From Takakia lepidozioides (lineage: Eukaryota > Plantae > Bryophyta): DNA of 64,000 nucleotides. Numbering within the stretch: the first letter of the stretch is position 1; each line of letters begins with the position of its first letter. The notes beneath the pieces were generated by a model. That model was given only the letters and a program-made list of their open reading frames with translations. It had not been told where the DNA came from and searched no databases. Both the position numbers and the translations under genes were made by a program. Shown here piece by piece: positions 52,348 through 64,000 of this stretch. The DNA is taken from the NCBI GenBank assembly GCA_030704615.1, contig CM060733.1, positions 4,836,001 through 4,900,000 on the forward strand, given 5' to 3'.

Positions 52348-53937
52348 CACCTTTGACACCACCAGATTGAGCTCGAGAGATGGGGTTAACATTCTTATAT
52401 CCATGTCAGAGATCCATGAACCATGGAAGGTGGAGAGGCCGGAGAGCAGGATTGAGGGACTTCCACCAGGGAACCCAACAATAATAGGCGTGATTCTGAT
52501 GCTTACCACCAAGTAACCATTGGGCGGAATAATATCATTTAGGGAGATCTCAGAAAGGACAACATCCGAGAAAGAAGCCAAGTGAGACAAGCAAAAAGAG
52601 GCCAAATTAGGATGCTCCTCGCCACCTAGAGAGAACACCGCGGGGGAAGAAGGAGGGATAGTCGCAGAAACTGGTGACCGAGAAGGCAGCAGAAAAACTT
52701 TAGGGCTCACCGAAGGAGAACCAGTGAAAGAGTCCCGAAACCTCTTTGCCTGGGGTTGCTCATGAGGGGAGGAGGAGTCCAACCTTTTTCTCACTAATGG
52801 AGAGGGAAGAATGGAGCCCCCTTGCCTAGAAGTCCCCACTGTAGTAGCAAGGGGGAGAGGAGACAAAGGTTCATTTACGTTACCATGCAGGGCAGGGCAG
52901 TCCGCCTTAACATGCCCCTCTCGATGACAATGATGGCAAACAATGGAAAGAATTTCCTCCTGGGTCACAACCGAGATGAAGGAGCCATCCAAGGATGGTA
53001 GCTTAATGGTGTGCGGAATCTTTGCCTTTTCTGGCATAATGACTACCAACCGAGGAATTCCACTATCACAATGATTCTCGAAGTGGCCTCTCTCGATATC
53101 ATCTTTATGCTGCTCAACAAAGAAGTGGTCATTCGGAAGGATGGAACCAATAAACGCTCCAAAATGAGCTCCAATTTCAGGCAAAGAGCGCCAGTAGTTA
53201 CCTGGAAGGAACGGGAGCACGATGGTGCGAGGCTTACAAGTCACCCCCCCCTTGTGCCCCCGTTCAGGAGACCAAGGGAACAAATTTACTCTGTACATTG
53301 ATCTCAGGATGTTGAACTGTAAGGCCTTCTCTGCATGCTCAGCCGATATGAACATGATTGAGTAAAAACCCCGACCGAACAGAATGCAGAAGTGGTGCGT
53401 GAGACCCCCTGCAGGGCCAAGGTGTTCCTGGGTCCAACGCCTGGCCCAGTATCTATCTCTCGCACGACCTGGAAAGTGAACCAGGATACCCGTTTCCTTA
53501 AGCAACAAGGAGTGCTCTTTCACTATATCCATGTCCAATTTAAGAATAGGTTGATTCTCATCAATCACCCCTGCGTTCTCGCTCCACAGCTGAAAAGAGT
53601 CCGCCGAGGGATCGAAGGAGGAAGTCGGACCAACCCCCAGAACACCTGGCCGTTGATGCGAATTGTGAGGGAAATTGTCGTATCTCCTGGGAGGCGCAGC
53701 TTGACTGGGCCTGGCATCTCTGCAGTTGTCTTTCCTATGCTGGGGCACAGCTAATACGAAGGAAGCCATAGCTACTAAAGGCGGCTGCGGAAATGAGAAT
53801 GCAGACAAGTCGGAAACACACGAGGAAGGCTGAGAAATTTGCAAAGCAGAGGGGTGGGGGAAAGAGGATGAGAAACTAGAGCCGCTCGGCCACATCTCGG
53901 GAGCAGGGAACCGCCCAAGGGGGACAGGGCCAGACAA
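52348..53937 (-). pseudogene. LINE ORF1, N-terminal part (RRM/DUF4283-like region plus CCHC knuckle)
   Basis: GRGFYSIMF, LFPWSP, LPFLP..W...IGAHFG, and CHHCHREGHVKADC. Confidence 0.85.
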
Positions 53938-55074
53938 AAGACTAAATCAAGCTGCTCTTGAAAGCAGGAGAGGCGGGAAGAAGAGGGTGTAAAGAAGAGC
54001 ACCGACAGTTTGTTGGGCAGCCATGAAGATGGCACAGACCTCATGACTTGCGAAAGCCATCACCAAGAAGCCCTAGCTGGATCATCGAGCCCGTCTTGAA
54101 CGAACGAAGAAGTTGAGCAAGAGGAAGCTGTTCATCAGCATTGCCGAGACAAAGGGGAAGAAAATGAATGAAAGTGATCAGAAATCATTAGAATTGAGAA
54201 TGAGATGGAAAAAAGCTCAAAAAAGGAGGAGGAAAGAATCATCAAATGAGGGAGGAATATGAAAGAGGAAGAGCCGAGGGGGAAGGAGGCATCCGAGGTC
54301 ACCACAGCCCAAAACTAGGCTGCTTCGCATGCCCCGCAGAGCTCTCCGCCATCGCCACCAACGGTCATCCCTCTTTCCATTCTTTTCTCAATTTGAAACT
54401 TGCTCACCATAAAATCAAAGGGTTGAATTTTTGAGGGTTTTGAAAACCGGATAAACCATTGATTTCTGTTTGATGGTTTCATAATAATTGATATGTAGAA
54501 GTGCCTTAACATTTACATTGAATGTGTGAAAGAAACAATAGAAAGGAAGAAAGTAATATTAGAGCACATTCGTAAAAAAGATTCTCGGATTAGTTTTTTC
54601 CCTCCTTGCTTAAAAATGATGACGATGTTGTGGTGACGATAATAATTTTCAAAATTCAGATTTTTATTTTTATTTTGGCAGCTTTAAAAATGACCAAGAT
54701 TTCATGACACCACTATGATGATGTGGTACTATGGCACGCTATCCCTACCCTACACTAAAACTAATCTCCAACCTTCAGTCCTCACTGGAATTTAATAATG
54801 AAGCCTAGGTGAGAGGGGGTTGTGGGGAGGATTTGACAGGGCCAGCGAGGTCAGCCCTAAGTGCGGGGAGCCAAATTGGAAACAGCCCAAAAATGGGACC
54901 CACTGTCATGAATAACCATGTATATGCCAGCACGGGTTCATCCAAGGAATTGAACCGTACTAACTGGTTCTTACCTACTCCACACAGGTACTAACCAAAT
55001 TTTAGAAGAAATGACCGTCAATTTAGGGAGATTATAATGAATTACCATGGTGTACTGTGAGAGTGCATTAAGTC

Positions 55075-55202
55075 TTACCTCGTTCTCCTAGAGTCCTCCG
55101 TAGGTGGACAGTGAACACCGACACCAACAGATGTAGTTTGGAACCCTCAACCGATTCCGGGGCGGTATGTGCCCACTACCGCTAGGCTACAACTTGGTTG
55201 TT
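55075..55202 (-). mobile_element. SINE family B, degenerate copy upstream of ALS
   Basis: AGGTGGACA..GGTATGTGCCCA.TACC.CT.GGCTACA..TGGTTGT matches the copy at 39942. Confidence 0.65.
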
Positions 55203-55678
55203 AGCGATATATAGTTTAGGCTTCCTTTTATGAGGAGTCCTGCCATTTCTTTCTTGGAGACTTGGAGAACACTCCAACAACAATATCACCTGCAAGGAGT
55301 CAGTGGTTGCACCCAATCTGACAAGGCCATGTCACTCACCCATATCTCAGTCTTTACAAGGAGTACCAATCACGGGGCGGATAGGCAGGCCCTACCTGAG
55401 TCGTAGTGAGTTAGGAACTAGGTACCCGGCTGAATGGAGGGTGGAGATGTGGGACAGGCAGGTAAGTACAAGTAAGTACTTAGAGTGAATGTGTGAGAAT
55501 AAAGGTGGAGGAGATGAGCAGACAACCACAGCACCGCCCTGCCTGCATGCAAGCTTGCACTCCGCATTTTGAACTGGGGAAGAGGAAGAGAGCGTTGCAG
55601 GAATATCACAAGGAGCACAAAAGAGTCTGCTTTGGGTACAAATTTGAGGAGCAAGTGTGAGGGGCTGGTGGGTTAGAA

Positions 55679-58600
55679 ATGGCCCAGGCCTGTTGTGGGG
55701 CTGGAGCTCTTCCAGCACGGGTGGCTTCTTCCCCAGCTGCCGAGCTGCGGTCGCACAGAACCAGAGAACCATGTTCCAGTAATGCCGTGGTGTGCAACAA
55801 GAATGGATGCAATGGGCTTTTAAAGGGCAGCATGGCTCTACCCATCGCTCGTCTTCCTGTCCAACCCGTGGAATTGAGTTCAAGTGGGTTTTTCGCAGGG
55901 ACACCCCTGCAATGTGGAGCTTATGGGTTTCAACCGCAGTCTTCTTGTTCTGCAGACAGAAATACGAGTGTCCTTACAGTGTTGAATGACGCACGGGCCG
56001 TCGAGCAAGTACGTTTGGCTGAAGTTCCTCCCACCGACCTTCTTGGGTCGAGGATTAGCAGTGGGAAGTCGCTGGTTGCGCCAACCCCGGGCCAATTCCA
56101 GTCACGGTATGCGGACGACGAGCCTCGCAAGGGCAGTGACATCCTGGTTGAGGCGCTGGAGAGGGAGGGTGTGAGCACATTGTTTGCTTATCCTGGTGGG
56201 GCGTCCATGGAGATTCACCAGGCTCTCACACGGTCAGGGTCCATACGCAATGTGCTATGTCGGCACGAGCAAGGGGAGATTTTCGCGGCTGAAGGCTATG
56301 CAAAGAGCTCGGGCCGTGTGGGTGTTTGCATCGCCACGTCAGGTCCTGGAGCTACGAATTTGGTGACAGGCCTTGCTGATGCTCTCTTGGATAGTGTACC
56401 TCTGGTTGCGATCACAGGTCAAGTGCCCCGCCGATTCATTGGCACCGATGCCTTCCAAGAGACGCCCATTGTGGAGGTTTGTTCTTCTTGCAGAAATCAC
56501 TGTGTTATATCTCTCAACAATTAAAGGACTCCTGCCACTGATAGCCTCTGATGTTTGTTCAGGTGGATTTAATGTCTTGAGGCTGATGTCTGCCTGCAGT
56601 GCATGGGCCTTTTTCGAAAATATTCAGGGGCCAATTTGGATACCTGGCTGCTTAGGGTTGTGGTACCTGGGAGAAATGCCTCGTCCTTAGGATTGTGTGC
56701 GCTGGAGAGACACATCACAATGCACAAAGCTAGCACAAGACAAGGAAGTAGGTGTAACATGGCGTTCGAAAAATTGTCCTCGCACTTCTACTCTACAACT
56801 TTTACCTGTGCGCATGAAGGAAACTGTTTGACAAAGTAGTTTGTCGAGACTTCTGATAATATCAGCCACTTTTAGGGGAGCTTCTGCACCCATGGACCTC
56901 CAGGGCCTTCTAGGTGAAAAATTAAGTGCATCTTTGTAATGCCCAATTTCCCTTGATCTTGATGGCTGGCCAGTTTGTTGATTCGAATCAAGGTCAAGTA
57001 TAGTTACCGGGCTTTGCTGGAAAGTTGAAGCATTGCAATGTAATACTGTGAATCATTCAATGTAAGTTTGGGTTCTACTCTGTACTTCACATGCGTATAT
57101 GTATTGATCATCCTCCCTTCTGATGCAGGTAACCCGCTCAATTACCAAGCATAACTATCTGGTGATGACTGTAGATGACATCCCTCGCATCATTCGGGAA
57201 GCCTTCTATCTGGCTGCTACAGGCCGGCCTGGTCCAGTGCTGGTTGACATCCCCAAGGACATACAGCAGCAAATGGCTATTCCAGTTTGGTCTCAACCCA
57301 TGAAGCTGCAATCCTACTTGCAGCGGCTACCCCCACGCCCTCAGACCTCACTATTGGACCAAATTCTTCGGCTGATCTCCACTGCAAAGAAGCCTGTGAT
57401 CTACTGTGGTGGCGGGTGCCTGGACGCAAGCAGTGAGCTGAGGGAATTTGTCGAGCTCACAGGCATTCCAGTCACCTCAACCCTGATGGGGCTGGGAACT
57501 TTTCCGGCCTCAGATGGACGGTGCCTCCAGATGCTAGGAATGCATGGTACAGTATACGCAAATTATGCCATCGATCAGTCGGACCTCCTCCTTGCCTTTG
57601 GGGTGCGCTTTGATGACCGTGTTACAGGGAAATTGGAAGCTTTTGCCAGCAGGGCCAGCATTGTGCACATTGATATTGACCCTGCTGAGATTGGGAAAAA
57701 CAAGCAGCCTCACTTATCAATGTGCGCAGACATGAAGCTTGCATTAGAGGGCTTGAATCAGCTGATCAAACAGGTAGGACTAGACATGACTAAACCTATT
57801 GCCTTGTCTTCATGTACATGATGGACTGAACTATAGTCTTGTCTGTCTAATCAAGAAGTTTCTTTGCATGGAGCATGTATGCTACCTTCCAGGGACACAA
57901 AAGCTGAACAAAGTCAATTCACAAGTATCCTCCAGCAAGTTCATTGAAGTTTTGCTTGTTGCAAGCTGTATCAGGGACAGAGGACGGGACCAGATTTTTC
58001 AGCTTGGCGGGCAGAACTTGACAAGCAGAAGAAGAATTGGCCAATGACTTTCCCTCGGTTTAACAACAGTGTCATCGTCCCACAGCTTGCAATTCAGACA
58101 CTGTGTGAGCTGACAGAGGGCAATGCTATCATTTCAACAGGTGTGGGCCAGCATCAGATGTGGGCCGCCCAGTGGTTCAAGTTCAACCAGCCCCGTCGGT
58201 GGCTTACCTCTGGTGGTAAGTGCCTTCTATCTATTTTCTCGTATGCACCTCCCCCTTCTCATTTGTTCGTCTCTGTTCCCATTGGTTGGGGGCAGCACTC
58301 ATGTAGCATCTGCAGCCACAACATGATGATTTAGCATGGGCCACTGAATTTACCAGGTTTCTTGCCTCCCTGTGTTCTTGGCTTCTCTCTCTAAGGTAAC
58401 AAAGTCTCATCAGCATTCATCCATTTGCATCAACTGCTGAATTGTGGCAATTTTAGATGGAATCTGATGAGAAATGGGGAGGTCTGAGATTAATGTTGAG
58501 TTTTTCGACAAAGCTTGAAAAGAGCATTACAAGGCTGGACAGTGTTTGAATCTTTTGACATGCTATCAGGGCTTGGAGCAATGGGTTTTGGTCTGCCTGC

Positions 58601-60601
58601 TGCACTGGGAGCAGCTGCCGCAAATCCCGATATTCCTGTCATTGACATTGATGGAGATGGGAGCTTTGTCATGAACATCCAGGTGTGTGCATTCAGTTTC
58701 CAATTTGGTTAGGGCACTGTGGCCAGTACTGTAGCTGGTCCTGGGCTAAGATCTAGCTTTGCGTGTGACCGGAGCGCCAAGCTGTTAGCTGTGGCCTGTG
58801 TCTGCTAAATCATTCATGCATCTCCAAGTCTTTAAGAGTAAGAATTATCAGAACCTCGCAGGCACTGAAAGTGACAATTGACCAAAGCTGCAACTCTAAC
58901 ATGGAAGGGACACTACGAACAGACATTGGCTCTTAATAGCATTAATATTATCACTCTTCCTCTCCAGTTAGAAAACATTCTACTCAGTTGCAGGGAACTG
59001 GGACCAACCATTGGATGGATCTTGTGGGTGCAGGGTACTAGTGACCTCTTGAAATACTCATGTCTTTGTGGGAGGGGTGTGTTCTTTTGTTGTTGAACTG
59101 GCAGGAGTTGGCTACAATTAGAGTGGAGAAGCTGCCAGTGAAGATAATGGTTCTGAATAATCAGCATTTGGGCATGGTGGTCCAGTGGGAAGATCGCTTC
59201 TATAAGGTGCCCTGCATTGCTTATACCGTATGGCCACTAGAAATCAATCGTTGAGCTTGCTTACAGCTTTCATAGGTTGGAATCATGCAGTGAAGAACGA
59301 AATGTGCTTCTCAGTTGCATGTTATTGCAGTTACAAAAGCTCTTGTGCCTTTTGGCCATACATCCAGCAGGAGATCACCAAGCCAGATGGGTGAGAATCT
59401 CGTTCACAAACTACCAATGCTGTTCACCGTCAAGGGCATCTATTGCAGTTGTTCTCAAATGCAAATTTGACATGTGCCCTCTCACGTACAGGGAAATAGA
59501 GCCCACACATACTTGGGAGATCCTGAAAGTGAAGCAGAGATTTTTCCTGACTTTTGCAAGATTGCTGAGGGCTGCAAGGTACCCCTACCTGCCATGCGCT
59601 GACTGACTCTCTTATTCCTTTTGGTGTCCACTAGATGGGCCAGTGGTTAGGGCATTGCTTGGAAGTCAAAAATATCATTCCGTCAACATTCTGGGTTAGT
59701 TAAACTCAGGTGGGACTATATAGGAAGTTATGGTACGTAGTCCACCGAGCTGTGAGCAGCGGACCCTATGCAATTGGGTAGCCGAGGGTTTCTGTTAGGA
59801 GGAAGTTACATAGGCTCAAGCTGGTATCATTCACATCCTGATGAATCCTCACTCTGGCCAGGGTTTTGATGTATTAGAGCCTGCATGGAAAGGTTGTGTG
59901 GCTATGATAGTTGAACTTTTATGAAGAGAAGTCCAGACTTTAAAGCTGTAGTTTTAAATGTGGTACAGGTACCAGCTGCGCGAGTGACCAGGAAGGAGGA
60001 CCTAAGGGAGGCCATAGCTACAATGCTTGCGACTCCGGGTCCCTATCTGCTGGATGTCATTGTTCCACATGAGGTTTGACAGCACGCTTTTGTAATGTTG
60101 GAATAGATAGTTAATTTGACCTGAAGGTACCTGCAAGGGTGTTTGAAATGTAATGACGCTGGTGTTGGGCAGTCTTGATCTCAACTCAGTATCTATCTCT
60201 TCCTTTCTTTCCTTAAATATTGCTTCCAGATTGTTCTCAGATGCGTGTGAGGGACTAAGAAACTTGGGATGAATTCAATCTCTGGGTGGCTGATGTCAGG
60301 AGGGATCCCTTCCTATAGAGACTTTTCCCTCATGGACATCTAATCAATATTCTTTGCTAATATTATATATCATTGTTGCTTCTGCTGTGGACAGACCAGG
60401 TATGAACAGTTTACAGAGAAAATTACTTGGTAGTCTTAAACCCAGGGGGTGTTTTACTAGTTTTCAGGCAAACTAGAGTTGGCACTCATTAGTTCTGTGG
60501 CTAATGTACTGTGTCAGGAACACGTGGTACCCATGATACCAGGTGGAGCAAGCTTTAAGGACATCATCACAGAAAGTGACGGCCGGAGTTTATCACTCTG
60601 A
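55679..60601 (+). CDS. ALS: Acetolactate synthase (AHAS) catalytic subunit, plastid-targeted, 8 exons
   Basis: Exons 55679-56476, 57129-57773, 57975-58215, 58570-58682, 59105-59206, 59492-59578, 59969-60073 and 60518-60601, all GT-AG and in frame. Motifs [42 protein letters not shown] and QWED. The start could alternatively be 55832. Confidence 0.97.
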
Positions 60602-61289
60602 AACGGGATATTTCAGAGCAAGGTATGATTTTGTTGATTGTCTAGAGTTGTCGCAACATGCACAATGCGGTACGGAGTAGCATACTTAACACAATGAGAC
60701 AGAAAACAAGGGGTTTTCTCATTTCTTATTTTTGATTCAAAGTTGGAAAGCCTGCTTCCCTGTGCTCTTGTAGGGGTTAGTGAGAGAGATTTGAAGCACA
60801 AGTAAATAAGACATTTTCTAAACATGAATGATGTAGGCATTTTTGTCTTCAGCCTACTCAAAACTCATACTGCGGCATTATAAGCAATACACTGACATAC
60901 TAATTTTATTTGACTATCAATAATTATACCACCCACAATTGACAGTCATATATAATGTCTTCCGTTCCAACAACAAGGCGTATGCGTGCGAATACGATCT
61001 GCTTCAATCTCCATCTGCTTTTCCCGCCGTTTTTCCTCTTTTTGAAGAGTTTCGGCCTGTTATCACATCAAACAAAGATTTTCTTGAAGTTCATGTGACA
61101 TTTTCCGAATGCATGAAGGATATAAACTCATAACAGTGAATTAAAATCACTTGAGACCAAGGCAATCAAGGTGCATACCCGTTTATTTTCCTCCATGAGT
61201 TCTCTCAAGTATTCGTTTTTTGCTTGCATTTTATCTAGCACATGCTCCAACGAATATGGGGAAGTGAATCTGTCATTCACAATCATTAT

Positions 61290-64000
61290 GATTTTTTATT
61301 TTATTTTATTTTACTCATAAAGGGACAGAGACCCTTTTAATCAAATTAGATTTTAAAAAGGTTCACAAAAAGGTGGAAAAAATAACCACCAGGGAAGCTC
61401 TAAGCAACTTCTTATCTTGCTGCGAAGCTTCGTTTTAGGAGCTCTGTTGCTTGTTCTACAGATATCCTTTGTACCCCATTTATGCAGCCAAGTTTGTTAA
61501 TTAGCTTCCTCTCTATCGGTTCTGATGGTTTCTATGGCACCTTTTAGCTAAGTCTTAGAAGTGCTAGCTTGTCTTCTGCCTTCGGTGTTTCTATGTGTTT
61601 TATATTCTTATTTCATCTCGCATTAGTGTCTCAAGTGTGCCGCTTTACTCCTGTGCGCCTGTCTTCCCTGTAGAATGTACATTCCAGAGTAGTGCTCCTA
61701 CAGGGTCTGGGCTTTGGGTTTGTTGGTCGAGGCAGGTGGCAGCTAATTTACGGAGGAAGTCATTGCTGTGTTCTAAACTTTGTGACGCGAGCCTTTTTGT
61801 GCCTCCAGTTGAAGTCCCCGTCATCTCCATCACCAGGAGACATCCCAAGCAGTGGGAGTAGTGACTTGCCAGCAGAACCGCATGACAGGTAGATAGGTTC
61901 CGTGAGTGTCATTTTTGCCCCAGGACTATTGAAAATCATCGAGCAACTGCCTCCCGCGTTGTTCTGAAGATCTGGAAACAGCTGCACACAGAATGTTCCA
62001 AGCTTTTCTCCCCTCAGTAAGCAGGTCTTGGTATATGCAGAAGAGCACGGACCTACCCCTAGGGGGTTTCCCCTCATAAACATACGCACATCTCACTTTC
62101 AAAAGGTTCCACAAAGTTAGAGCCCTAAGGCTGGCCCATATAGGGGAAGCAGAATGCATGTGAGCAGGCAGGAAATTCAGCATGAGCAGAGAGTGTGGAG
62201 GGGGGGGTGGGAAAGACTCCCAATTGGCGTAAAAATTCAGAACAAAATACAGCCCTGCTTGTGCTCTCCCTGCAGGACCACATTGCCTCGGGAATTGCGT
62301 TCTTGGCAGATTGTGAAGGAAGCTTGAGAATCACGGGCTCGCTGGATATCCATAAGCAACACTTGTATCCCATTAGAGTGTTGGATGGAAAGGGCAACCC
62401 CAACCCAACCCCCCCGACAGGACAAGAAATGCAATGGGCCTTGCATTCGGACCTCACCTGGTTCCTGAACTACCCCCTGGCTTCTCTTCAGTTTGACCCG
62501 GGGGAGTGGAGCTAGGCTGACGACAACCACTCCCCTTTCTTTGCTTATAAGGTCAAGTTAGGTTATTCCCTCTTCAGGCTAACTACATCCTTCTTTTCTA
62601 GATGGAGTGAAAAATGGAGGCATTTGAATTTGATGCAGGGTGATTGGGATTCGATATGGAAGGATATATGGAAGAAACAAAGGGCTGCTAAAATCTCTGC
62701 ATTTTTGTGGAAACTGGCTCATAGAATTCTTCCAGTAAATGCTAGGACTCATGCTAACTGTTGTTTGTGCATGACCCAGCCAGAGACCATAGAGCATTGT
62801 TTGGTAGACTGCCCCTTCCCTGCCAGAGTTTGGCGACCATTGCCGTTTAATGAAGCCATCCAGGCTGGTAGAGACCTCAAGTCTTCTCCAGATCTGAACA
62901 GAGGGGACTTGTAGTCCGGAAGTGCCTGCAGCAAGGATGGCCAGGCTCTGGCACGTCTGGTACCCACCAATTGTGCCGTTGTAGCTGCGGGCAAAAACTC
63001 ATTGTGCTCCCAAGCAACCCCCACATGCGTGAAACCAACAGATTTCCAGAAGCCCCACTTGGGAAGTGACAACATCTCTGAGTTCATGATGGAATTCCAA
63101 AACATGGGCTGTCTGAATATTTCTGCGAAGCTTACCGGAGGTCTTTGGATTAGCTTGCCTTTTATGGATTGCCAAGCTGCCCAGATTGATTGCCAAGGAC
63201 GGGATCCGAGTTGCACATTAGCATTTTTCCCTTGCACAATCCAACGCAAAGAGTGAGCCCAAAGGGGGGAAGCAGAGGGTATTGCCCCCATTAAATATGG
63301 CTGGATTAGCTTACTCCAGGGGCTATGTCGGTGATTGATAGCTCTAGGAATCCATTTGGCCAGTAGGGCCTTTATTTGCGTCGCTGGGTCCAAAAGGCCC
63401 AGCCCTCCTTTATTTTTCGGTTGACAGAGCTGCTCCCAGGAAATCAGAGCCCTTCTAACTTGGGAGTGCGAGGATGCACCCCATATGAAATTTCGAATGA
63501 GTGCTCTAATCTCCTTTACCATGATTTTTTGTGGATCCCATATAGCTGCAGAGAACCAGGGTCTTTAAGTAGTGTGGGGTTTAGTTTGAAAAAACCCCTA
63601 ACCTTGATTCTGGACCCAGGGGTGTGGAGATCTAGCTGGATATTAGAGTGGTCAAACCCTGGAGGAATTGGATTAATAGCTTTTCTCACAAACCAATTCA
63701 ACAGATGAGCAGAGCAGTAAAACCAATCAAGCCGAGCAAGAGAGAGGTTGGGAGGCTCTCTATTGTTAGCCCATGTGAATCTTAGTTCACCTTCTGCCGG
63801 GTGGGGAGCATCCAATAGACCGACTGCTAGACAGAGAGAGTCCCAAGCGTCTCTTTCGGCGGTAGATAGGCCATGGACATTAGAGCCAGATCTGTCAGTG
63901 TCTAATTCAACCATATTGAAGTCACCTCCTACAATCCAGTGCTGGATATCCATATGCTGCAGCATCTTTGACCTTATAAGAGACCACATGTCAATGCGCT
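61290..64000 (-). mobile_element. Second L1-clade LINE with the RT deleted and an internal inversion
   Basis: Endonuclease motifs (GGDFN, ARLDWFY, DH) join directly to the post-RT region (IRNFIWG, KGGLGLLD). The zf-RVT-like part (CCLC..ETIEHCLVDC) is on the + strand. A-rich tail at ~61290. Confidence 0.88.

Larger units (their letters stand above)
40982..54340 (-). mobile_element. Near full-length L1-clade LINE interrupted by a CACTA element
   Basis: ORF1 with a zinc knuckle, ORF2 with endonuclease and RT, and an A-rich tail at 40982-41007. The 5' boundary is approximate. Confidence 0.9.

Overview
Eukaryotic, intron-rich DNA, most likely from a non-seed land plant (inferred from the intron-split ALS and the fern/bryophyte-style PLS-PPR fragments). 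It has two intact-looking host genes: a BSD-domain protein (~30.9-36.7 kb, +) and acetolactate synthase (55.7-60.6 kb, +, 8 exons). The rest is mostly nested transposons. The most striking part is 8.1-24.1 kb. A Gypsy-like retroelement carrying a Dnmt3-like C5 DNA methyltransferase was interrupted, inside the methylase, by a large Mutator-type DNA transposon. That transposon encodes a GCM/WRKY-fold + DDE + SWIM transposase and, divergently, a multi-exon gene joining a ParB-like domain to a beta-class N4/N6 amino-methyltransferase. The element carries 15 copies of a conserved 26-bp palindrome (AACTGAGTGCG-N4-CGCACTCAGTT), 14 of them in introns of that gene, reminiscent of parS sites. An inversion later split both methylases, and their 3' halves now lie on the minus strand at 8.1-9.7 kb. 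All of these copies are decayed. Other elements: piggyBac-like TTAA elements forming a long hairpin, a hAT MITE, two tRNA-derived SINE families, two L1-type LINEs, and a Pack-CACTA with a 4-bp TSD carrying PPR, OSB-motif and ABCC fragments. All calls are from reading the sequence by eye; no searches were run.
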